Positions 23,471-36,499 of a stretch of DNA of 64,000 nucleotides are shown one piece after another. This stretch comes from Eledone cirrhosa. Lineage: Eukaryota. The first letter of the stretch is position 1. Each line of letters opens with the position of its first letter. The stretch spans positions 248,001 through 312,000 of the forward strand of contig OZ024755.1 in assembly GCA_964016885.1 (NCBI GenBank), read 5' to 3'. The notes under the pieces are model-generated. The model worked only from the letters and a program-made list of their open reading frames with translations. It did not search any database and was not told the origin of the DNA. A program made the translations under genes and the position numbers.

Positions 23471-25545
23471 TGAATACAATAAAAAAACACATTATGCTAT
23501 AAGGGTTAAACATGCTGCTTTTCTCTATTCCAAATCCTGTTATTCCTTGGCAGTAAACCATCCCTATTCAAAACCAAGCCATCGCTAAAATTGTCATTAT
23601 CAAAAGAAGAGAGGGGAAGAGAATATGGGACCAAGAGAGAAAGACACAAATTATAAAAGTAGTTTTTGAGGTGAACACAGATGCATTATAGAAATAAAAT
23701 AAAAAAAATGTTTTTAAAAAACCCACTTGAGTAAATTGCACATGAAACTTCAGAGAAATGTGAAGAGGTTGGGTGGGGAGAGGCATAATTGCCTGACATC
23801 AACTGATGTAATTAAAACAATCTGGGATTAATCATTACATTAATGAACATTGTAACAGATAGTATTTCAATGAACTCTTAGCAGGATGTAAACGGAGTTT
23901 GCCATTCAAAACGCCATCAAATTTTATTTCATTGACTTTCAGGGTCACAAAACATGCAAGAATCAAATGATTACAATAAAAACAACAAACAATAATAGCA
24001 AATAACAATGATAACAGTGATGATGATTATGCCAACAGCAATAACAACAGTAATAAATTCTCATCCATTTGAGAGAAAATACATAAATATGCATACGTTT
24101 TCAAATAAATGCCTTATATCTACCATCTCCTGTGTAATAATAATAATAATGATAACACTACTGCTACTACTACTACTACCAATAATAATAATACACCCCC
24201 CAACATTTGTCATGTTTAATTAAATCACTGATACCCCTCTGTTAGTTTCTAACCCTCATATATATTCAATAATATAAAAGCTACACACACACACATATAT
24301 ATACACATACACGCATACATTATAAAACATACTACACAAATATTCACAAATGTTCTTCATTTGTTTTTTTTATTCCTTAAGATTTTTAACAATGAAGACT
24401 TTGCATTCATTGTATGTTGTCATAAATTGTATCTACTATTTTCAATTTATTAATGTTCAGATTGGAGTTTTAGCTAAAAATCATTAAAGTGAACTAATAG
24501 AATGGAATTTAGTATAGAAAATGGAAAAACAAAATAAATAGATAAAAAAACTAAAACAAAACAAAAAAAAAAACTGCCAAACTTCCAAGAAAATTTGTTC
24601 TATTTCATTGGAACCCAAACCAACAAAATTATTGATCAGCCCCCCCCCCCCCCTCTCTCTCTCACCCCTCTCCCAGTACTGTAATTTGAAACAGCCAAGT
24701 GCAGAATAAAAATCAACAGAGAAAATAATAATAACAATAACAACAACAATGATAATAGTCATAATAATAAAGAAATTAAAAAGTTTTCTTGCAATGGCTT
24801 TAAAAAGTTACTCAGACATCTAATGCTTGCAAGTAGTTGGGTTGGATGTGTTAAAAGAGGAATAATTTTTGTGCCAAAGCTAGCTAGAAGTGAGTGTTGA
24901 AATTAATAACAATGATGGTGATGATGATAATAATGATGATGATGGTGGTAATAATAATAATACAGAAAGAAAAGCCAAAAGCCCCCCTCCCCCACCCCCA
25001 CCCCCAAAAAGCTGTAGAAGAGAGTTCAGTTGAATCAAGCCTTAATGGTGACATTTAAAATATATTTTCAAAGAAGTTCTTTGGAGTGGAAAGATGAATG
25101 AAGAATTATATTTTTTTAATGCATCTGTTTGTAAAAGATAAAAAAAAAATATATATATATATAATAAAAAAAAATCAAAACCATGAAATGAGAAATAATA
25201 TAAAACACCCCCAAAAAACATGCACTGACAACAAAAAAAATATTCTCTCATTAACAGAAGAGGGGAAAAAAATCAAACTATTTTTTATTTGAACTTTAAG
25301 CTTCATAATGTGCCATACTTGTTTCATTTCTGTAAGCATTTTTATTTTGAACGATGTAGATAAAGTCAATCTACCTTAATTCTTTGTTGGAAACTATAAA
25401 GGTAATATGGCAGGTGTCAGTATGAACCAAAATAAATGACATTTATTAGGGAGTGTTTTTTTTTTCTCTTCTCCCCATTTGCCTTCTTGACAATCCTTAG
25501 CACAGAAACGTTTAACAGTAAGTAGTAAGTAGTGATTGAACATAC

Positions 25546-25683
25546 AGAGTCTGACAAAAGCTGTTCAGCTATCATTTTTATTGTCTCCGAGTAGCAAATG
25601 CCTGCCTGTCTGTCTGGTCGATAAAACACAACTTCAAATGGAAAATGAGCTTCACTTTGTTGGATATTACCTACACACACTTT
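25546..25683 (-). CDS. Candidate 138-bp phase 0-0 exon (KVCVGNIQQSEAHFPFEVVFYRPDRQAGICYSETIKMIAEQLLSDS)
   Basis: Acceptor aatttccag, donor gtatgt, open frame, non-repetitive, same strand as KIF13. No homology recognised. Confidence 0.3.
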
Positions 25684-26169
25684 CTGGAAATTACACAACA
25701 TTTATTCTCAGGTACAATGTGGTTCTCATTCTTGAGAAAGAAATTCTGGAAGGAGACCTTGGGTAATCTTGGCACATGAACTAATTAATGCATTAACCCT
25801 TTTAATATCAAACCACCTAAAACTACACCAGGTTCTACAATAGAAAACTTCACTTTATACAAAGTTTGAACTTTCGAAGTGCTGGGAGATTATGAAACCA
25901 TACAGATACATCTTTGGTACACAAGGAATGGGTAAAAGATGTACCAATATGTTTTCTGGCACTAAAAGAGCTAACTACATAATAAATATTAACCTCTAAT
26001 CCCCAAGGCTATTTCAAAATCCATTTTCTTTCATAATAAATAATTTTTATTTCTATTTAACTATCATACACGATTCATTTTAGACTAAACATTTTTTTTT
26101 AATATGAGAATATAATATCTCATTAAAAAATATCAGATTTTAGTAATTTAGTAAAATTTTTGTGTGGTG

Positions 26170-26430
26170 TCCCTAAACACCACCCTACTTGAAACCTTTC
26201 TTGGCTTTATGATATAAAACTGACTATTTTAAAGTGTTTATTCTTATATTGAAACCTTCCAGCATAATTTTATGTAAATTTTTAAGTAACGTTCCAAATA
26301 CCATCAGTGTACTACTATTAATGAAAAAAAAATTAGATATTTTACTAAATTCCGAAAATATTTTATTATTTTCAAAATTAATTGAAACACATTAGCAGTG
26401 TTTAATTATAATGATATGGTAATAAAAAGT
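26170..26430 (+). mobile_element. piggyBac-derived MITE
   Basis: gaaaccttccagcataattttatgtaa...attttcaaaattaattgaaacac...atatggtaataaaaag|ttaa. Confidence 0.65.
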
Positions 26431-26715
26431 TAATGAAATCTTGCATAGTTTACACTAATAAATAGTTTTCTTTGATGAACCAATGAACTGGAATAATTAT
26501 CAATGCCAAAACAATGATTTCTACAAATAGATGGAATATATTGTTAATAATAATGAATATGTTAGGCTTCTGCCTGCTACTAGTACCATGTAACCCAGCA
26601 CATCTGCTTCATGGTCGGTTGCTCAGCGACTAAACCAGCTCCCCCACCTGACCATGGTTTGGTACCATGTAATCCAGCTTAAAATCTGATATGCTCCTAT
26701 TATAGGAACCCTGGT

Positions 26716-27009
26716 TGAAGCACAAGGCCTAGTGGTAAGGGTGTTGGACTTACAATCATAATGTCATCAGTTTAATTCCTGGACTGGGTTGTGTGTTGTA
26801 TTCTTGAACAAAACATTTTATTTCACATTGCCCCAGTATACTCAGCTGAAACTGAGTACCAGCAGTAGTTGGGGTTTTAACCCTGCAATGGACTGGTGTC
26901 CCATCCAGTGAGGAGTCTTGTACTCTCAGTTGCTTCATGCCATAGAAATTGGGATAAGCACCGGCCTGATGACACTCCAGGCTTGAGAGAGACTTTAGAC
27001 TTTAGACTT
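26716..27009 (+). mobile_element. Full-length tRNA-derived SINE (family C tail)
   Basis: Head and body resemble family B (agtggtaagggtgttggac...cttgaacaaaacattttatttcacattgccccagtatactcagctg). The tail differs (accctgcaatggactgg...gggataagcaccggcctgatga) and ends in (GACTTTA)n. Confidence 0.8.
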
Positions 27010-27959
27010 CTTCATATCCTTGACAAAGTCTTTATAGTATTTCAACTTTCTGTGGTCAATGACACAACCTATAAGCCATGAAAGAACTAAAGTCAGTGGC
27101 ATATCGTAGTTATGGGCTCATTTTTAGTAAACTCTTCTAATAACCTTGGTAGTGGCAGTATTCAAGGTTAAAAGCATACCAGCCCTAACATCTTTCAAAA
27201 TAAAAGTAAGAGTTCATAGTAATGTGATACGAAACCATTCTTAACATTTTTCAAGATCAGCTAGCATTTTCCTACCTTACAATACCACCTGTACTTATTT
27301 TCTTACTGAGTAGATTCAAGAAGAAACCAAGGGAACTATGCCAATTATCTTAGAACACCATGTAACTTTTACCAAATAAATTTTCCGATAACTTTATGAT
27401 AACATTGTTAATAGTTGGGTTATTGCCATTGACTTGATGTCTGATTTACCAAATATACTTCAAGATAAATCAGTTTAAAAAAAGTAGAAGAAAAAGTAGG
27501 GTGTGAAAAACCACATGCGATTTATCTACCAAACCTTGCTCTGGGCTTGAAATTTGCAGTACACATGCACACACTCATACACATTGGCAAATGATTGAGT
27601 AGATAGGGTAGGTCGGTCATGTCACTATGCAGTCTATATCAGAGCTGTAAACAAATATATGTTGATGATGTCACATATAAAAACAAACATGACCACTTAT
27701 GCAGAATCTGACGTATCTATTAAATAAACAAGACTTTGTGTTATCTATATCACCCGTGTCTGTCTGAACTTCTCACTTGTATATGCACAGAATTTTTGGC
27801 AGAAGTGTTTTTTAGAAAAAAAAAAGAAAAAAAGTAATTCTATTTCAGATAGATAAGATGACAAAAAACTAAACCATGAATACTAAAGGAAAAAAGATTA
27901 AGTTATGAGGCTGGTTTTGAGTTGCATGTTATTGAATATACTGAAGAGTGCAAGGAGAT

Positions 27960-28010
<51 letters not shown>

Positions 28011-28849
28011 GGAAAAATTAGTGAGGATTTGGCAGAAATGAAATGAAGCATTTAGGAAAAGGAAAAAGAATGAATCACAAACACACACAAAAAAGACATG
28101 CTAAGAATATAGTGATTCCGATATAAGAAATTGAAGAAAGATTTATATAGTTGGATAAGTGAATTATATTTGCTGTCACCAGCATGGCTATTAGGATAAA
28201 AGGATTATAACTAGCTCTGAATCAGTTCTATAGATGGATTACTTCCCCTTGCAGTAAGCAGAAGTCTGTACTGTAAAACCGCTGACAAATGTTTTAACTT
28301 GCACTGGTGAGTTGATCTACCTCTAATATACTGTTGTTCTAACAAATGTTTTAACAAATGTTTTAACGTGAACTGAAATGTTTTCATCAGATGATCTGCC
28401 TCTAAAATACTGCTGTTATAACAAATGTTATCACTCTTTGGATAAATACTAAGGTAAAAACAAAAAGAAAAGGGAGATAAGTAGTGACTTGATGGGGTTT
28501 GTATGATCAGACCCGTGCAATGCTGGCAATAAGTCCAGTCCAGATGTAAAATGTAGTTCTGCCTCTATCACATCACAGCTACTAATAAGCCCAGTCCAGA
28601 TGTAAAATGTAGCCCCCAAAGCTGGAAATAGTTTGAGTTTACAAGTGAAATGTATACCTCACTTTAAACTCTCATTAAGTATCTTATTAATCAGTGATGA
28701 ATAAATCTAATGTATGTATGGGTATATACATGTACATGTATACAAGATGTAATTAGAACAGAAGTGGGTAGATCTCCACAGAATCAGAGGCCCATGCCAC
28801 GCAACCCACCACCAGAAAGATTTCATTAAGTTAGCTTTTTATTCTCAGT

Positions 28850-29014
28850 CACGTGGGTGACATTAGGAAGAGCATCCAGCTGTAGAAACAAAGTCATAAT
28901 ACAGACAGATCCTTATGAACAAGATGTAGTCTCTGAACCTGACTTGTCCCATAATATGACAACCCATCTAACCCATGCAAGTATGGAAAATGGACATTAA
29001 ACAATGATGCTGAT
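28850..29014 (+). mobile_element. RTE-type 3' UTR fragment
   Basis: ttaggaagagcatccagctgtagaaa...aacccatctaacccatgcaagtatggaaaatggacattaaacaatgatg. Confidence 0.75.
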
Positions 29015-29845
29015 ATTCCATCACCAGTACAGACTACACTCTACACTGTTATTATAAATGATAGCAACATTATATTGTTGAAGTGCTACTATAATACATC
29101 TATAGATTAACCATTCAGAAACTCCAATATTTACATGTCCAGCAAAACAAACAGCAAAAACAACAAATATTAAAATTACGAAAAGTTCTTCTATAAATAA
29201 AAAAAATAATAATATAAATAAACTAAAAAAATGTACAAGAGGAATATTAATTTAATAATGAAGCAGATTTTTTTGGGTGGTGATATATATTAGTATAAAT
29301 TACATTTATGAAATGTGTAAACTGAACAGTGTATGTAAGTTAAGTACAAACATGAATTGTAATAAAATATGTGAAAGAGTGCAATGAAAATATAAGAACA
29401 ATGACATAGCTAATGATAAATATATATAAAGGAAAAATATTCCTTTTTTCTTTTTACCCCCCCCCCCCCCTACTGGTTTTCCTTGGAAGCTGTTCATCTG
29501 ATTGTGTTTATTTTCATTAGTTTTTGTTCTTTAATTTCAAGCACCTATTCATGAATAATTGTTAGTAATTTGTTATTCTTTTGTGAAATAAAATAAACAG
29601 TAAATTCAGCCTCTTCCTTTTAGAGACAAACAAATAAGAAAGTTAAATGATCGTAGTGAACAGCTAATGAGAGTCATGTTTGATGTCGAAGCCAAAAACA
29701 CTTACTATTCTATACTTGGATATAAGTTGCACTCCAATTTGTATTTAGAATGTTTTGCTTCAGCCTTTGACCCAAACAGGAGTTGCAAGAATTTTGTTGT
29801 TGTTGTTTTGTACTGCTTGCAACTTCACTTATCGTGTCTAAATAG

Positions 29846-30075
29846 TGGTTTCTAGTTTAGGCACAAGGCCAGCAAATTTGTGGGAAATGGGGAGAGTCAA
29901 TTATATTGACCTTAGTATGTAACTGGTACTTTACGATATCAACCCCAGATGAGTGAAAGGCAAAGTTGATCTTGGCAGGATTTGAATTCAGAATTTAGTA
30001 GGAAGTTAGACATATTGCAACACACTTTGTCTGATGCTCTGCCGATTGTGCCGATTGTGCCTATCGACTGCCCTC
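29846..30075 (-). mobile_element. SINE family A, near full length
   Basis: ggcacaaggccagcaa...actggtacttt...aaaggcaaagttgatcttggcaggatttgaattcag...ctgcc. Confidence 0.8.
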
Positions 30076-31859
30076 TTTAACATTAATAATAATAATGGTA
30101 ATGGTAATAATGATTTCTTTATTAACCACACAGGGCTTAGATTAACAGAACATTAAAGATAGCACAGGAGGGTACATGGGAGGGGTGGTGGTGTTTGGGG
30201 GCAAAATAAAATTTATAACAGGTACTAAGAAAATAAACATTTAAAAAAAAAATCAAACATAAATTCTCCAAAAGTGGGTAGACTCCAAGGCTCACTCATG
30301 GAGAAAAACCACAGCCACTGACTACGAGGTAAGTTCTCCTATACTCAAGGCAATGACAACAATATTTAGTTGAAATAATCAGTTTAACTGGTGCTTTTAA
30401 TTCACCACTCTTGAATCACTGACAATATATGCTGCATCTAATAGGTATTAAGATTACAGTCAACCAATAGAGAACTGTGTATATGTTTTACACAAGTCAT
30501 AAGTCTGTATATGTAAATCATATGAGACTGTGTATCATCACAGGTGTGTTTGTTTTGTAGCAGAATTGAATTCTGCTCAAGCTGTGATGTCATCAACATA
30601 TATTTATTTACAATGCTAATATCCACTGATATTAGCATTGTAAGTAGTGATACTACCAGCTAGTAGTGATACTACCAGCCAGGCATACCTACCTACATAC
30701 ATACCTACATCATTTGTTGGTTTGTAATTGAGTGTGTGAATGGTGCAGATTTCAAGCCCAAAGCAAGTTACAGCAGATAAGTTACATGCAGTTTTATAAA
30801 GTATTTTCCCCTCCCAAGTAAAAACCTGTGACTTATCTATGAGTATATACAGTATATTGATTAATGAATAAAAAGCCAGAACACCAAGAATTAACCAGGT
30901 GAGGTGAGGTAACTAAAAATATAAAGGCGACCTAGGATTTATCTTCGACCTTAATGTACTGATATCTTTATGTACTTCTAATTTAGTGTAAAGGGAGTAT
31001 GACAATGTAAAGTGAGCCACTAACTTGTAGAAAGATATATGGGAATATGAATTAGAATCTTAAAGATAACGACTAATTATAAGGAGTCTCTTGTGACAAC
31101 GATCTTACCATCCAAAATTCATTCCAATCTTTTAAAGGAAAGCACTCATGCTGCTCTTAAACTCCCGAAGGATGTTAGAAAGTTACAAATTTATTCAGTT
31201 ATCTGAAATATGTTTCGGCAGCCTTTCAAAATGTAACTGTCTTTAAGTTTGAACTAATCATCAATACACAAAAGTCTGTTGATTAAAACAAAGAAACAAT
31301 GAAATATATAATGATATTATTACAGATGAGTGACAGAACAGAAGATGAAATGAATTGATTTAGTTGCCTGCATACACCGTCCCGCTTCCAAGATAAAACA
31401 AAAACAAACAGAAACAAAACAAATTCAGAACCTACATCTACTACATTACACCTTGAATTTTCTGTTCAGAATGTTAATGAAGATGTAGTAGAGCTTACTG
31501 TTAATTGAGATTGCTGCTGTATAATATCAAGTTTATAGAACTATATATATATACATGTACTTATATTTTTATGTTTAATGTAAGAGATATATGTCAGTTG
31601 TTAACATGAGTGCAGTATATATACCAATAATGTTGTTGACAAATGTATAAAACAGACAGTGGCCAATATTAACTCTCAGGGGTCAATGGAGAGGTAGAAG
31701 GGGTACCCAGGGTGGTGATTGACTTTTGGACAAAAAACTAGGCATGTGTAAAGATAAGAAAACATAAAATACAATAAACACAACTTGTTCATTACAGGTC
31801 CCTGAATAATATAAAATTAGTTTTTATGGTAGTTTTAATACCACAATAAGAAGCACACA

Positions 31860-32025
31860 GTTCACACTGTAATGTGGTTGGTGTTAGGAAGGGCATCCAA
31901 CCCTAGAAAACAAGCCAAAATACAGATCTGTATGAAGATGTGGTCTCCCGACCTCACTTGTCTAACCAATCTATCTAACCAATACTAGTGTTGAAAATGA
32001 ACATTATACGATGATGATGATGATG
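31860..32025 (+). mobile_element. RTE-type 3' UTR fragment
   Basis: cacactgtaatgtggttggtgttaggaagggcatcc... ending in (GAT)n. Confidence 0.75.
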
Positions 32026-32172
32026 TTTATTTTATATTTTATTTACTGATTTATTTTTGTACATGTCTGGGGACAATGAGGCATCAAAGATTCTATGAAG
32101 GGGTCTAAAAAGTTTGTGAATCCCTAGTGTTAGTCATTCTATGAGTAAGCCACACAAAGCTGTGATAAAGAT

Positions 32173-32280
32173 ATATAGTTAGCTCCTGTATTGGTGTACA
32201 TACATACACATATAGTCAGCTCCTGTATTGGTGTACATACACATATAGTCAGCTCCTGTATTGGTGTACATACATACACA
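32173..32280. repeat. About 33-bp tandem repeat, 3 copies
   Basis: atatagtcagctcctgtattggtgtacatacac repeated. Confidence 0.9.
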
Positions 32281-33575
32281 CACACATACATCAAAATATT
32301 GTCACTCAGTAGCTTTGAAATGTTTCCATGCAGTTGCTTTGAATTTAGAATATGTTTGCTCAAAACATCAAAAGTTCTGTTTAGTGCTTGGGAAAAATGA
32401 GAAGGGATCATTGATAACTTGTTGACAAGTGTGTGAAATGTTCTATGATTGCTATCATATGCCTGTTGATGGCAAGTGTGAGTGTGTGTGACAGATATCA
32501 TATCTGTTGATGGCAAGTGTGTGTGTGAGCAAGGTACTATGAGTGCTGTTGACAAATGTATTTGTGGCCAGCTGTATATGTAGAAAGTGATATGAAAAAT
32601 TAAAACTGATAAAGGTGTGGTTAAAAAAAAAGAATTAATGGAGAAATAAGATTATGGTATTGAATGAAAGAAAAGAAAACAGTTTAAATTTAAGCAAAAC
32701 AGAAAAAGAGGAAATAAAAGAAAATTAAGAATCAGTAAAGTTTTGTGTATAAAGCAGAAGAAAAAAGAGCAGACATGAGAATAAGTAAGAGACAAGAATA
32801 AAAAAAATATATTAGAAAATTAAATCAAATGAAAGATATAACAAACTGAAATTGAAGTTATTGGACTTTAGCTAAGATAATCTTTAGTGAAATACGAGAA
32901 AGAAAAAAACAGATTATGTAAAATTGAAAAGAAAAACAGTAAAACTAGAAAAATTTAGAAATTGCCTCAAGATTAAAATTGAAACAACAAAAAAAAAAGA
33001 CAAAAAAAAACAACACAAGAGAAAGAAACAAATATAAACATTGTTTCAATTGATCAAACAAGCTGTTGGCTAGAATGAATTTTGATAAATAGAACATTAT
33101 GAAAACATCTTTATATTGAGAGAGGGGGGGGGGGGGGGGCAGAGAAATATATGGGGGGATGGACAGGAGGTAGGAAAGGATAATAAAACATTATGGAAAC
33201 ATCTTTATTGAGAGAGTGGGAGAGAGTATGAAGGGATGGACAGGAGGCAGGAAAGGATAACAAAACAATTTTATTGAGAAAGAGAGAGAGGAGAGAGAGT
33301 TTGAGGAGAAGAAGAGGAGGTAGGAAAGAATAACAAAAGAAGAAATGAAGAACTAAAAGTAGATTTCATTAGAAATGGAGAAGTGAAGAGTGGGTAAAGA
33401 TGATATGAAAATCCTGTAGAGTTTAATTAAGAGAGAAAGTTCATTATGAGGGAATTGTGATGACAAGGGAAAGGGTTAGGGAAAAGTTGCCAGTCAAATG
33501 GAACAAAAATCTTTTTATTTTCTTTCCTCAATAAAAACCAAATCAGAAATAAAAACGAAAGAGAAAAAAAAAAAA

Positions 33576-33651
<76 letters not shown>

Positions 33652-34204
33652 AGATAGAGACTACAGAGAGTAATAATATATATGTATTGATGGAATGTAA
33701 TTGTTGAAATTAAAACTCTGTGTGTTGAAGTAATATGTGGAATACATTGTTAGAGTTTGGGGGAAAAAACCAATAGAATAAACAAAGTGAAAGATATAAG
33801 GTTGGAGAGAAAGAAAGAAAGAAAGCAATTGAAACCAATCTCTTAAATTGTACATTGGCTATTGTTGCTAGTTAATTGACTAAATAACATTAAAGAAACA
33901 CACAAGTTAGCAAGTCCTTCTGTAATTCACTTTACTCCGAGATTTTCATCAGAATACACAGACTAGTGCCGACCTATATCAAGTGGCAGCTGCATCTCGT
34001 ATACAAAGGACAAATGGGGATACAAGTTGAAGAAAAGATAACAAAAAAATGTCTTATTTATAATTTTAGTTAGTTTTAAGAGGAACAGAGAGGAGAGAAA
34101 GAAGATGGAAAAAGTGATGGATAGAATTTAGTCATTGAAAGTGAAGAGGTGAGATTTAGCATATCTGCTAACTTACAGTGCTACAGCTCCTAACTGCACT
34201 GCAC

Positions 34205-34592
34205 TTATTCTTTCATTCTTTTACTGCTTTCAGTTACTAGACTGTGGCCATGCTGAGGCAATACCTCAAAGAGATTGGATTTAGTAGTTACTTTTTTTTT
34301 TCAAGTATAGTACTTAATTTATTGATCTAATGTTTTGTTGAACTGCTGAGTTACAGAATACAACCATAGGTGTGAACACAGACATACACACACAAGAGAG
34401 ACACACATACAGGAGACACAGACAGACACACATACACATGGGAGATACAGACATACACACACAGGGAGGAAGGGCTTCTGTAATTTCCGTCTCTCAAATT
34501 TATAGTAGAAGACATATAGCCCTAGGTACCATGCTGTGGAAGTGAACCTGAAACCATGGGATTATAAAGCAAACTCCTTAACCATACAGCTT
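34205..34592 (-). mobile_element. SINE family D
   Basis: tcttttactgctttcagt.actagactgtggccatgctg (related fragments at 13460 and 43800) through gaacctgaaaccatgg...aactccttaaccatacagc, a reverse tRNA-like head. Confidence 0.65.
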
Positions 34593-35130
34593 TATGTCTT
34601 CTACCAAATGTTAACAATGACCAACAATAAAGAGCAGAAAGCTAATCACAATGGAATTCAATGTAAAGCAAAGATAAACAGGAAGAACAACGGATGAATA
34701 TTCCAAAACAAAAATTCAGACAAACCCCCCCCCAAAACAAACAATCTCAATGAAGAACAAAATAATCTTTTACCGATACCAAACTTCTACAGACTTTAAT
34801 GTTATTATTTATTCTATGAAATTCCCATTTTCACATTAAAATATTTGAGGTTATTTTTGGTCAATAATCCACACAATAATCACAAGAGGAAAAACAGTGA
34901 TTGTTGTGGTAACCCTTTTGATACTAAACCACAAGAAACCATCGTAAACATCATCATCGTTATCATCCCATTGATTTTTCTATTCTGGCATGGGTTCAAG
35001 TGACTTTTTGAAGCAATGTTTTATAATCGAATGACTCTTCCTGACATCAACCGTTTTAGACACTTCTTACAATATGCAAGATTCTATGAAACAAATATTG
35101 TTTGTTTTAAATTATTATTATTATTATTAT

Positions 35131-36479
35131 AGTTGCATTTATCTTGCTTTATGTTCATACGAGTTATCACCAAGTCACAATCAGTGACCTCAAGAGACAA
35201 CAAGGTCCGCCATGTTCAAGAAAGAACATGCATACACACACATGCATCTTTAGGTGTTTAGACTTGTGATGTACTTATATTGACAGAATCTTCCTTAGTA
35301 TATGGGCAGTTCCCATTAGTACTATCTTTTGTATTTCTCCTATACGCGGGTTTCCTGGACCTTGCGATAAGTAATCATTAGACCCCTTAGGTATCATTCC
35401 TAGAGCGCCCACAACCACTGGTATTGTTTTAGTTCTCAATTTCCACATTTTTCCAATTTCTATCTCCAGGTCCTTATACTTGCTCAATTTTTCAAATGTT
35501 TTTATAGATACATTCTTGTCTATTGGAACGGACATATCAATTAGCAGGCATACCCTCTTTTTAAAGTCCTTCAGTATTATATCAGGTTTATTTGCATCTA
35601 TTTTTCGGTCTGTTTGGATGCTAAAGTTCCACAAGATTGAGATGTGATCTTTTTCAAGTATGAGAGGTGGCTGATGCTCCCACCAATTCTTTTGATGGGG
35701 CAGGTCAAAATGCTTACACATTATCCAATGTATGTATCGTGCAGCTCTGTCATGCCTGTTTAGGTATTCGGTTGGAGCTATAGGACTGCACATTGAAATT
35801 ATATGATCAATGGTCTCTGGTTGTTTTTTACATACACGGCATAATGGGTTGCATCCATTTTTTATTATGTTGGCTTGGTAATTTTTTGTTGGCAGACACT
35901 GATCTTGTGCTGATATAATCATTCCTTCAGTCTCCGATTTCAGTCCAGAGGATGCTAACCACTGATGGGTTAAAGTTTTGTCAACATCAGGATTGTTAGC
36001 TCTTTCTGGGTATTTTCCATACAGAGGCTTTTCTTGCCATTTCTTAGCCAGTTTCTGTAGCAGTTCTTTCTTTGCAGTTACTTTTACCTGCTTTGCTTTT
36101 TCTGTGTTTTCCATTTCAGCAGTAAATGGGACTTCTGAAATTTGGTGTCCATTACTGTATCTTTGTGCATCTTTTGTAATGGAGTATGATCTTTTGATGC
36201 TTTCGTGTTTCAAAACGAGTTTGATCATCCAATCATGTGATTCCTTTAGATATGTAGATAATCCAATTGTTGCAGTTTTCAATGCAATATCTAACTGGAT
36301 TAACCCACGTCCTCCTTCTTTCCTAGGGAGATATATTCTATCTGTATCTGCCTTAGGGTGATGCATTCTGTGCATGGTTAAGAATTTTCTAATTTTTGTA
36401 TTGAGCCTACGGATCTCTGTACTTGACCAGTTGATGACATTGTAACTGTAGGTTACTACTGGTATGGCAAGTGTGTTTA
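35131..36479 (-). mobile_element. 5'-truncated R4/Dong-like non-LTR retrotransposon, element 1
   Basis: Uninterrupted ORF to the stop at 35275, a 3' UTR of about 145 bp, and (TAA)n on both sides (35111-35130 and 36478-36499). Confidence 0.9.
35275..36479 (-). CDS. Retrotransposon ORF C-terminal part: RT thumb, CCHC zinc knuckle, restriction-like endonuclease
   Basis: RIYLPRKEGGRGL; CRVCKKQPETIDHIISMC; RHD; KPDIILKD...LIDMSVP...EKLSKY (PD-(D/E)xK type). The predicted N-terminus MTETQRTIIIII comes from the neighbouring UTR and microsatellite. Confidence 0.9.
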
Positions 36480-36499
36480 TTAGTATTATTATTATTATT

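Noticed and set aside
27535-27644. Minus-strand segment bounded by tttacag and ag|gtttg
   Set aside because: Stops in all three frames and a weak donor. At most a non-coding exon, with no other support.
32290-32460. Possible mariner transposase C-terminal remnant on the minus strand
   Set aside because: Only a vague resemblance, and no YSPDLAP-type motif is readable.
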